From NCBI GenBank assembly GCA_020049335.1, contig JAIFKX010000075.1:1-63924 (forward strand): a stretch of DNA of 63,924 nucleotides. The letters run 5' to 3'. Position 1 is the first letter of the stretch. The number at the start of each line of letters is the position of its first letter. The notes beneath the pieces are model-generated. The model worked only from the letters and a program-made list of their open reading frames with translations, had not been told where the DNA came from and searched no databases. The stretch comes from Paludibacter sp. (GTDB lineage Bacteria > Bacteroidota > Bacteroidia > Bacteroidales > Paludibacteraceae). Below are positions 9,892-17,922 of this stretch, piece by piece. The position numbers were made by a program, and so were the translations under genes.

Positions 9892-10009
9892 AGATTTGAG
9901 ATTCTATTATGCAACATCTTAATAGTAAAACAATTACAAAATAGACATTTTTTTTACAAACAAAACAAATTTACATCCCCTTTAGACGTGATAATTATCA
10001 CTAATCTAT

Positions 10010-10040
10010 TTTGGTATTTGCTTGTAATTGTGTACCTTTG
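10010..10040 (+). promoter_or_regulatory. Integrase promoter (-33 TTTG, 19-nt spacer, -7 TACCTTTG)
   Basis: TTTG 10010-10013 and TACCTTTG 10033-10040 fit the Bacteroidetes consensus TTTG-N19-21-TAnnTTTG. Confidence 0.6.
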
Positions 10041-10141
10041 TGCTTATTAATCAGCGTTTAATAATCACTCATATTTGATTCTTTTCGAATAAGTTTCATC
10101 AAATGTGTAATGTTTGTGTAACGCAAATGTGTAACGTAAGT

Positions 10142-11446
10142 ATGAAATACATATCAATTATCCCTTACAAAAGCACCATTTTAAAGAATGGTAGCCACCC
10201 GATTGTATTAAGAATTACCAAAGATCGGGTTAGAAAGTATATCAGTTTAAATCTCTCCGTTACCCTGAACCAGTGGAATGACGAATTTGCTCAATTCAAA
10301 AAAGACAAACGCATCAATCCTGATCACGAGAAAAACAATGCATTTATCAATAGTCAACTATTAAAAGCCCAAGATGTTATTGATGATTTTAACCGCAATA
10401 AAATCGACTGGACTTTGAACCAGTTCGAAGAAGCATTCCTACATCGCTCAAAGAAGGGCAAAGTTAAGCCTTTTTTTGAGAATCACATACAAACTTTGAA
10501 AAATACTGGGCACAATGGCAATGCAAGATGCTATGAAAGCACCTTGGTCATGCTGGATATTTATGACAAGAAACTCGACAAAAGGTTATTCTCGGAAATT
10601 GATATTGTATATGTTCGGGCATTCGATGTCTTCCTTCAAACCCCACGAGAATCGATATGTAGAAGTACAAGCGGCAACACTCGGATAGTACAGCGCAAGG
10701 GTTGTTGTGGCAACAGTCGCAAATACTACATGAAAGGGTTGCGGGCAATACTCAATATGGCAATAGAAGCCAAGGAAGCAAGTCGAGCCACCTATCCATT
10801 CGGAAAAGGAGGATTTGAAGTAGCCAAATTAGAAGAAGAAACTGATAAGAGATATTTGCCATCTGAGTACCTTGAGAAAGTAAAATCAAACACTCCGTTA
10901 AAAGAAACTTCACTTTACGCACGATTATTGTTTTTATTTTCATACTTTTGTTATGGAATGAGTTTTGTGGATATGGCGCATCTTACTTCGGACAATATCA
11001 AAAGGCTTGAAAATGGTCAATATATCGTTTACAAACGACAAAAAACCAAATACAGTAAAAAGTCCAAGTCCATTAGTATCAAGCTGACGGATGAGTTAAT
11101 TGCCATCATTGATGAACTTTGTATCATTAAAGCACCGATTGAAGGCTATCTTATGCCAATCGTAACCAAAGAAGGATTCACAGGTGAAAAACTATTCAAG
11201 CATATAATAAACAGACTTGTCAAACTAAACGAATACTTAGGCGAAATGGCCCAAGAACTTGGCATTGATGATATAAATATAACAACTTATGTAAGTCGCC
11301 ATACCATGGCAATGACGCTCCAAAACAACGGTGTAAAACGAGAATTAATCTCACAAATAATGGATCACAAAGACATGAAAACAACAAATACTTACCTTGA
11401 CAGTTTTGCAAATTCGGAAATTGATGAAGCTGTAAAATTTTTGTAA
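10142..11446 (+). CDS. Tyrosine recombinase / site-specific integrase (Bacteroidetes type with arm-binding and SAM-like domains)
   Basis: N-terminal HPIVLRITKDRVRKYISL (Arm-DNA-bind_5-like), YGMSFVDMAHL, YKRQKT, YVSRHTMA, DHKDMKTTNTY; ATG 10142 preferred over the track start 10103. Confidence 0.92.
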   Translation: MKYISIIPYKSTILKNGSHPIVLRITKDRVRKYISLNLSVTLNQWNDEFAQFKKDKRINPDHEKNNAFINSQLLKAQDVIDDFNRNKIDWTLNQFEEAFLHRSKKGKVKPFFENHIQTLKNTGHNGNARCYESTLVMLDIYDKKLDKRLFSEIDIVYVRAFDVFLQTPRESICRSTSGNTRIVQRKGCCGNSRKYYMKGLRAILNMAIEAKEASRATYPFGKGGFEVAKLEEETDKRYLPSEYLEKVKSNTPLKETSLYARLLFLFSYFCYGMSFVDMAHLTSDNIKRLENGQYIVYKRQKTKYSKKSKSISIKLTDELIAIIDELCIIKAPIEGYLMPIVTKEGFTGEKLFKHIINRLVKLNEYLGEMAQELGIDDINITTYVSRHTMAMTLQNNGVKRELISQIMDHKDMKTTNTYLDSFANSEIDEAVKFL

Positions 11447-11477
11447 CATACTTAAAATAAACATATTGAATTAATTC

Positions 11478-11507
11478 AAAAATGGCATGATTTATCATGT
11501 CATTTTT
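11478..11507 (+). terminator. Hairpin/terminator after integrase
   Basis: AAAAATGGCATGA-TTTA-TCATGTCATTTTT inverted repeat. Confidence 0.6.
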
Positions 11508-11559
11508 CGTTACTAACCAGTCAACTATATAAAAACTAACAATCGAACAATCTCAATCA

Positions 11560-12603
11560 ATGATTAACAGAACACTTACAGACCTTTACTTGAACTATTT
11601 TGACTCACTAAATGAAACATTGTATTTTTGCTGGCATAATTCATATTGTAAAACTTCTAATCTACTTGACGAGGCTATTTTCAATGATCAGATTCGTTCT
11701 TATGGTCTTTATAATCACAAAAATGCTGTAAAAAATGAATTGCCAATAAATCTCAAAAACAGATTAGAATTTAAAACACTCTCCTGGGTAAATAAATACG
11801 TAAATCATGACGATGAGAACTCATTGTGCGAATACATTGAACTCTTTGAGCAGGTGATTTTGGAAGTAGAGAATAATCTATTTATTCTAAACAATAAAGC
11901 TGATAAAATTGCTTACGCAAATATTATCTTACGTGACCTTGATAAAAATAGTATTCATAATCAGTATGTTTGTGATTCAAACTGTCAATTGAATTACAAA
12001 GAATTGTTTGTATTTGTATTAAATGTCAAGTTCAAATTTGATAATATTATTTCTCCATTAGATATTGAAAATTGTAAGAATCACGTCAGTTATGATTTGA
12101 CAAATCGATTAATCAACCATTTTGATTTTATTGAGAGATTAATTGAATTATTCTTATGCTTCGAGATTTGTCTAGTTAAATTAGCTGAAAAGGTAGAATG
12201 CAATTTATACACTTTAAATGATAATAAATTTGCAGTGAGCGACATTGACAATTCGCAGCCGAGTATTTCTCCAAAATTCAACACGCTTTATTCAGACGAC
12301 TGCCTGATAAAAGTCATGCAATACTTATCAAATAAGAAATGGCTTCGAAATCCAAATGCCGATGTCTGGCTTTTCTGGTTTAACCAAAAGAACTTAATTG
12401 CCCCAAAACCTTTAAAGTGGTATGGCTCAGCCACCATGCTGTCAAATGTAATTCAACATTTATGCGGTGAAAGTATTTCAAGCACTATAAATGTCGCTTT
12501 TGACAGGTTCGATTATGTCAAACCAACCCGCAAAATTTATGAAGTTAGCAAAACACACAAAGAAATAGAACAAATTATAACTGTTTCAAAGCAAAATAAG
12601 TGA
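11560..12603 (+). CDS. Hypothetical element protein, C-terminus weakly RteC-like
   Basis: 347-aa ORF between int and xis; PLKWYGSATMLSNVIQHL recalls the LKWTGS motif of RteC-like domains (weak). Confidence 0.55.
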   Translation: MINRTLTDLYLNYFDSLNETLYFCWHNSYCKTSNLLDEAIFNDQIRSYGLYNHKNAVKNELPINLKNRLEFKTLSWVNKYVNHDDENSLCEYIELFEQVILEVENNLFILNNKADKIAYANIILRDLDKNSIHNQYVCDSNCQLNYKELFVFVLNVKFKFDNIISPLDIENCKNHVSYDLTNRLINHFDFIERLIELFLCFEICLVKLAEKVECNLYTLNDNKFAVSDIDNSQPSISPKFNTLYSDDCLIKVMQYLSNKKWLRNPNADVWLFWFNQKNLIAPKPLKWYGSATMLSNVIQHLCGESISSTINVAFDRFDYVKPTRKIYEVSKTHKEIEQIITVSKQNK

Positions 12604-12610
12604 CTAAATT

Positions 12611-12722
12611 CACGACCCTAACCACGACCTACCTAAAGCCCCAATTTTGAGGCTTTTATCATCACAATCACGACCCACCACGACCTACCACGAGTCGTAA
12701 TACGACCCTAAATTAATCGTGA
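12611..12722. repeat. CACGACC direct-repeat cluster around an AAAGCC/GGCTTT dyad, upstream of the xis promoter
   Basis: Exact CACGACC at 12611, 12623, 12669, 12679; variants at 12689 and 12701; -7 element TACTTTTG at 12752-12759. Confidence 0.75.
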
Positions 12723-12821
12723 TTTGATGATATATGCTGGTATTTTGATGATACTTTTGCCGGCAGGAACCCAATAGACTGCGCAGCTATTGGGTTCTAA
12801 AAAACTCAAAAAAGTATCATC

Positions 12822-13175
12822 ATGGAAACAAGATTTCAACCAACCAACGAAACTCCCTTGGCTGCACTTACCATTGGCCAGTTCAAGGAACTGATTGTCA
12901 CAATGGTTCAACCGCAACAAAACATCCAATCACAAAAAGAACCATTCCCTGAAACCTTTGGCAAAAAAGAATGTAGCCAGTTGACTGGCTATGCCGTCAA
13001 CACCATCAACAAAATGATTTGCGAAAAAGCAATACCATTTTACAAGAAAAATGCACGGGTCATTTTCAAGAAGAATGAGATTGAATCCTGGCTGCTATCC
13101 AATCGGGTACAGACTGTGGAAGAGTTTATAGAACTAAAAGAAAACCAACTTTCTAACGGGAGGAACAAGAAATGA
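12822..13175 (+). CDS. Excisionase-like HTH (HTH_17/MerR-like) protein
   Basis: FGKKECSQLTGYAVNTINKMICEKAIPFYKKNARVIFKKNEIESWL is the Xis HTH_17 pattern. Confidence 0.82.
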   Translation: METRFQPTNETPLAALTIGQFKELIVTMVQPQQNIQSQKEPFPETFGKKECSQLTGYAVNTINKMICEKAIPFYKKNARVIFKKNEIESWLLSNRVQTVEEFIELKENQLSNGRNKK

Positions 13176-13534
13176 ACTTCAAGGAACATTTCGAAAAATT
13201 TGAAGCCGACATTCGCAAGAAAATGCGCGATGATGAAATAATCCTGGAATCGTTGTTGGTAATAAACGAGAAACACGAAGAACTCCTGAAACGATTGGAT
13301 AAACTGATAGGTGGTTTAAACCAAACTCGAAAGCTGCCCGATAATCCATTCTTTTCGAATGAAGAATTCATGAACTTGATGAGCATCAGTGTTCGTACTG
13401 CACAGCTTTGGAGAGACCAGGAATTAATCAGTTATTCCCAGATTAGTGGAAAAATCTATTACCGTATGTCCGACATACAAAAGTTGTTGGATGAGAACTA
13501 TCATAAATCAATAACCAAACTGAGAAAGAAATGA
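13172..13534 (+). CDS. Second HTH_17-type DNA-binding protein
   Basis: FSNEEFMNLMSISVRTAQLWRDQELISYSQISGKIYYRMSDIQKLL; 4-bp ATGA overlap with the upstream gene. Confidence 0.82.
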   Translation: MNFKEHFEKFEADIRKKMRDDEIILESLLVINEKHEELLKRLDKLIGGLNQTRKLPDNPFFSNEEFMNLMSISVRTAQLWRDQELISYSQISGKIYYRMSDIQKLLDENYHKSITKLRKK

Positions 13535-14877
13535 TAGACAAAAAAAACGCCCCTTCAAACTTTGGAGAGTTCGAAGAGGCAATGAATCCAGAACAATGCA
13601 AAAGTACAAATTTTATTGAGAAACTGAAAGCGGAAATTCAGTCCAAAAGCATGAATTCTAATGCAAATGATACAGCTTTTCCAATAAATGGATTACCTCA
13701 GGTAATTCTTGATTTTGCAGTTGAGATTTCAGAGGTCTATGGCGTACCCATTGAGTTTCCTGTAATGGCAGCATTATGTGCGGTTAGTGCTTCAGTAAGA
13801 AAGAAAATCACGATTGACAGTGGTAAGTACAGGAACTTCGGACAATTGTGGGTAATGCTGGTGGCACCTCCCGGAGTAGGAAAGACCGAACCCGTATCAG
13901 CAGCTTTCAGACCGTTACAAAAGCTCGACAATTCCAGCTACGATGATTATCAACTGGAGTTGAGCCGTTGGAAAGCGGAATGTACCGAAGCAAAACAAAT
14001 CAAAACCCAGGAACCTGAAAAACCATTCTTCAAGCAATGCCTGATTGATGATTTCACCCCCGAGAGTTTGTACCAGACCATGTTTCGCAATAACGGATCC
14101 ATATCACTCTACCGTGATGAACTATCCGGCTGGTTTGCCGACTTTGGAAGATACAACAAGAATGGAGAAATCAGCAGGTATTTGTCCATTTTCAACAATG
14201 CACAATTCTGCATCAACAGAAAAAGTGAGGAACCACTGCAAATACCAGAACCATTCCTGACCATTTGCGGAACGATTCAGCCAGAAGTATTAAACATTGC
14301 CTTGAGCAGCAATACCCTGAAAGAAAATGGTTTTGCAAGCCGTTTTTTGTATGTCTATCCAAAGGAAGTCAAGAAGCAGAAATATTCGGAAAGAACTCCC
14401 GACAGAAACATTCTTGAGCGGTACGAAAAACTGATAACGCATTGCTATTATTTGCCAAAGCTTGAAAATCCATTCACGCTTTCAGAGGAAGCAAAAGAGT
14501 TGTTTATAAAATATGCCAACCAAACCACGGAATTAGTAAATAGCTGTTCAAATAATTTCATTCGTGCCACTTATGCCAAAATGGAAATTCAGGTATTGCG
14601 GTTAGCCCTCATTGTTCAAATCATAAGGGGTATTTACGACAATGTGGAATGGCAACAAGGATTGATAACGAAAGAAGCAATTCAATATGCCATCAAACTT
14701 TGTGATTATTTCAATTCAAAAATAATTTTGGTCGATATTACCAACATTCCAACCAAAATGAATTCCGCTGAAGCTATAAAAACCATCCAAAAAGAATATG
14801 GCATCAAGAACAAACAGGCATTTGCCGATTCCATTGGAATCACCAGGCAATATGTTTCAAAAATCTGCAACGAGTAA
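13531..14877 (+). CDS. DUF3987 (YfjI-like) P-loop helicase-like protein with C-terminal HTH
   Basis: FPINGLP, Walker A APPGVGKT, DDFTPESL, Walker B YRDELSGW, GTIQP, GFASRFLY; C-terminal KQAFADSIGITRQYVSKI HTH. Confidence 0.85.
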   Translation: MIDKKNAPSNFGEFEEAMNPEQCKSTNFIEKLKAEIQSKSMNSNANDTAFPINGLPQVILDFAVEISEVYGVPIEFPVMAALCAVSASVRKKITIDSGKYRNFGQLWVMLVAPPGVGKTEPVSAAFRPLQKLDNSSYDDYQLELSRWKAECTEAKQIKTQEPEKPFFKQCLIDDFTPESLYQTMFRNNGSISLYRDELSGWFADFGRYNKNGEISRYLSIFNNAQFCINRKSEEPLQIPEPFLTICGTIQPEVLNIALSSNTLKENGFASRFLYVYPKEVKKQKYSERTPDRNILERYEKLITHCYYLPKLENPFTLSEEAKELFIKYANQTTELVNSCSNNFIRATYAKMEIQVLRLALIVQIIRGIYDNVEWQQGLITKEAIQYAIKLCDYFNSKIILVDITNIPTKMNSAEAIKTIQKEYGIKNKQAFADSIGITRQYVSKICNE

Positions 14878-14920
14878 TAATTTTGATAACTGCTGACTGT
14901 TCACTGTTTACTGAAAACAA

Positions 14921-15180
14921 CCCTTGGTTGCGGAGTTGCGGTTGCGGTCTTCTGAAACCCTTATGCAGTCTAGCTTTCAGAAGAAATGCCCCGCAACTAA
15001 AATAAAAAAACAGAATTCAATAAAACTCTATTTAGTTGCGGTCAAATATCGTTGCAATCCCTTACAGTAAAGGCTTTCCGGAATTTTATGCCGCAACTAG
15101 ACGAAAATCAAGAAAAACTGTTGATAGTAACAGTTATTAACACTAGTAACAGCTGTTACCAATGTTACCACATGTTACTA
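14921..15180. repeat. Iteron-like cluster (GTTGCGG/CCGCAAC and GTAAC/GTTAC repeats), candidate replication origin
   Basis: GTTGCGG at 14927, 14935, 14941, 15035; CCGCAAC at 14991, 15091; 11-bp inverted pair CCGCAACTAAA...TTTAGTTGCGG flanks an AT-rich spacer; TAGTAACAG x2 and TGTTAC x3 at 15125-15180. Confidence 0.7.
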
Positions 15181-15233
15181 ATTACATTCTTAATTACTAC
15201 AATCTACAGACTACCATCTACATTCTACAAACT

Positions 15234-16274
15234 ATGCACTATCTTCAAAAATACAAAGGAAAATCCACTCGTCATCAATGCCCAGCATGTGAAACCAATC
15301 AAAGCTTCACACTGTATTTGAATGGCGATACTCACGAACCAATAAATACCAAAGTTGGCAAATGCAATCGTGAAACCAAATGTGGCTATCATTACACTCC
15401 AAAACAATATTTTATTGATAATCAAATGTCCCAATCGTCCTCAATGTCATTTAAAAACGTTCCTTCACTTCAAAAATCTCCAATTCGTGTAGGTCAGGTT
15501 GGTAAAATTCCTTTCTCCTACGTCCAACAATCTGCCTCCTACAAAAGCAATTTCATTCGCTTCCTTTGCGAGTTTCTTGCAGTTGAACAAATGAAACAAG
15601 TCGGAGAAAACTATGCATTGGGAGCAACCAAATCCAAAGAAGTAATCTTTTGGCAAATCGATATTACAGGAAAGGTCAGAACTGGCAAAATCATGCAGTA
15701 CAATCCCACAACTGGCAAAAGAATTAAACACCAAAGTGGTGCGATTGATTGGGTACACAATAAATTGAAAAAATCAGGAGTATTGCCTGAAGACTTCAAT
15801 TTGCAACAATGTTTCTTTGGGGAACATTTATTGAAAATTTACCCTGAGAAATCTATTGCCATTGTTGAAAGTGAAAAATCCGCCATAATTGCCAGTAGTT
15901 TATTTCCAGATTTAATTTGGTTGGCAGCTGGAAATCTCAATGGACTGTCTATTGAAAAATGTCAAGTTTTGAAAGAACGAGATGTGACCTTATATCCCGA
16001 TTTGGGAGCTTATGAGAAATGGAGTTTGAAAGCGACTGAAATAAAAAAACAATATAATTGTAATATCATATTATCAAACCTTTTAGAAGTTGAAGCCACT
16101 GACATTGACCGTGAAAAGGGCTTGGATATTGCCGATTATATTATAGCCGAACTTAGCACAAAGAAAACTTTTCCCGAAATTCAAAAAACTTTCAGCCCTA
16201 ACCTCCAATCAATGATTGAAAGAAATAAGGCATTGTTGGTTTTGATAAATGGATTACAATTAGAAGAAACCTAA
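15234..16274 (+). CDS. DUF6371 / Zn-ribbon + Toprim primase-like protein
   Basis: RHQCPAC...GKCNRETKCGYHYTP Zn finger, VIFWQID..GKVRTGKIMQY, QCFFGEHLL, AIVESEKSA, LYPDLG, DIADY; ATG 15234 preferred. Confidence 0.85.
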   Translation: MHYLQKYKGKSTRHQCPACETNQSFTLYLNGDTHEPINTKVGKCNRETKCGYHYTPKQYFIDNQMSQSSSMSFKNVPSLQKSPIRVGQVGKIPFSYVQQSASYKSNFIRFLCEFLAVEQMKQVGENYALGATKSKEVIFWQIDITGKVRTGKIMQYNPTTGKRIKHQSGAIDWVHNKLKKSGVLPEDFNLQQCFFGEHLLKIYPEKSIAIVESEKSAIIASSLFPDLIWLAAGNLNGLSIEKCQVLKERDVTLYPDLGAYEKWSLKATEIKKQYNCNIILSNLLEVEATDIDREKGLDIADYIIAELSTKKTFPEIQKTFSPNLQSMIERNKALLVLINGLQLEET

Positions 16275-16510
16275 AAAGTTGATGTAAATTTTATCCACGC
16301 GTAACTTTTTCTGAATACTTAATATATTTTCCTTTTAATGCAAATATACAATTTTGACTCTATCAACCCAACTTCAAACACTCCTCTAATTTCAATTTCC
16401 GTTAACCCTTCTTATAGTCGGTCACAAAAGTTCATATTTGAATAAAACAATACTTTTGATGAAGTTTTAGCTCATTCAACACCTAGCTGTAGTGCCATAT
16501 CTTGAATTTT

Positions 16511-16574
16511 GGACAAATATGAACATATCGGGATTATTTTGCACGTTTGATTGGTTGCCTTTGTATTATTTTTG
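16511..16574 (+). promoter_or_regulatory. Putative HTCS-activated promoter 1 (operator + TATTTTTG -7 element)
   Basis: GGACAAATATGAACATATCGGGATTATTTTGCAC, with the -7 element starting 56 nt after motif start; same layout at 31075 and 54473. Confidence 0.65.
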
Positions 16575-16647
16575 TACTTAATAATTCTAGGCAATTGAAT
16601 AATGACTTTATCCAAATCATTTGATTGAATAAACTAGAAAAAATGTC

Positions 16648-17910
16648 ATGGCGCTATCAGTAAATCTATTGAAAATGAAAACATCTATTAGTCTATTGGG
16701 AGTATTGTTACTCTTCTTTTCTGCTTGTAATTTAGCTAAACCTACCACTGTGGATTTAATGACCGACAATATTGCGACAGCCGTAGGTCAACAGAATCTA
16801 CAAACAGAATTAATCGAAAAATCCGGAAAATTCATAAATCCAAGAACATTAGACAAGGAAGGAAACATAGTTTATATTCCACTCACTGATTGGACCAGTG
16901 GATTTTTTCCCGGCAGTTTATGGTATACCTACCAATTGACAAAGGACGAGAAATGGATTCCGCTTGCCACAAAATATACTTTGAGTTTAGATTCGGTGAA
17001 AAACATAAAAACGTCACACGATTTGGGATTTATGATTGGGTGCAGTTACCTGACAGGTTTTCGTTTAATCGGTAATCCTCAATTTAAGGATGTTATTATA
17101 CAGACAGCTAAATCGCTTGCTACCCGCTTTCGTCCGAATGCGGGTGTCATTCAATCGTGGGATGTGGATAAAGACTGGATGAGCACTCGCGGATGGAAAT
17201 GTCCCGTAATTATTGACAATATGATGAATCTGGAATTATTGTTCGAGGCTACAAAAATGTCGGGTGATTCTAGTTTCTATAAAATTGCGGTAAGTCATGC
17301 GAACAAAACGCTCGAAAATCAGTTTAGAAATAACAATAGTTGTTATCATGTTATTGATTATGACCCGCTAACCGGTAACGTGAGAAGCAAACAAACCGCA
17401 CAGGGATTTGCCGACGAATCATCGTGGGCAAGAGGACAAGCTTGGGCATTGTATGGATTTACGGTCTGTTATCGTTACACCCATGATGTTAAGTATTTGG
17501 AACAAGCCGAAAAAGTATATACTTTTATCTTCAGTAATAAAAATTTACCCAAAGACCTCATTCCGTATTGGGATTTTAATGCCCCCGATATACCAAATGC
17601 GCCTAGAGATGCTTCTTCAGCAGCAGTGATAGCTTCTGCATTATATGAATTGAATACTTATTTGCCGAATAAAAAATACAACTTAACGGCCGACAAAATT
17701 ATGCAATCTCTCAGTTCGCCAGATTACAAAGCAGAGATTGGCGAAAACGGGAATTTTATACTTAAACACTCGGTAGGGAGTATTCCTCACAATGCAGAAA
17801 TAGATGTGCCGCTCAATTATGCTGATTATTATTTCTTGGAAGCATTATCGCGTAAACAGATTTTAATGAGCAATGATAAATTAACAATGGCTACTTCTAC
17901 TAAGAAATAA
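16648..17910 (+). CDS. GH88 unsaturated glucuronyl hydrolase (lipoprotein; likely start 16675)
   Basis: WTSGFFPG, SHDLGF, VIIDNMMNLELL, WARGQAW, YADYYFLEAL; lipobox FFSAC. Confidence 0.93.
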   Translation: MALSVNLLKMKTSISLLGVLLLFFSACNLAKPTTVDLMTDNIATAVGQQNLQTELIEKSGKFINPRTLDKEGNIVYIPLTDWTSGFFPGSLWYTYQLTKDEKWIPLATKYTLSLDSVKNIKTSHDLGFMIGCSYLTGFRLIGNPQFKDVIIQTAKSLATRFRPNAGVIQSWDVDKDWMSTRGWKCPVIIDNMMNLELLFEATKMSGDSSFYKIAVSHANKTLENQFRNNNSCYHVIDYDPLTGNVRSKQTAQGFADESSWARGQAWALYGFTVCYRYTHDVKYLEQAEKVYTFIFSNKNLPKDLIPYWDFNAPDIPNAPRDASSAAVIASALYELNTYLPNKKYNLTADKIMQSLSSPDYKAEIGENGNFILKHSVGSIPHNAEIDVPLNYADYYFLEALSRKQILMSNDKLTMATSTKK

Positions 17911-17922
17911 AACACAAAGAAA

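Noticed and set aside
9891-10103. tRNA or tmRNA as integration target
   Set aside because: No cloverleaf, T-loop GTTCGA-type motif or CCA end recognisable by eye; tRNAscan not run
15052-15321. 89-aa ORF and the extended 15162 start of the primase-like gene
   Set aside because: They run through the iteron and micro-repeat region; homology-like sequence begins at ATG 15234
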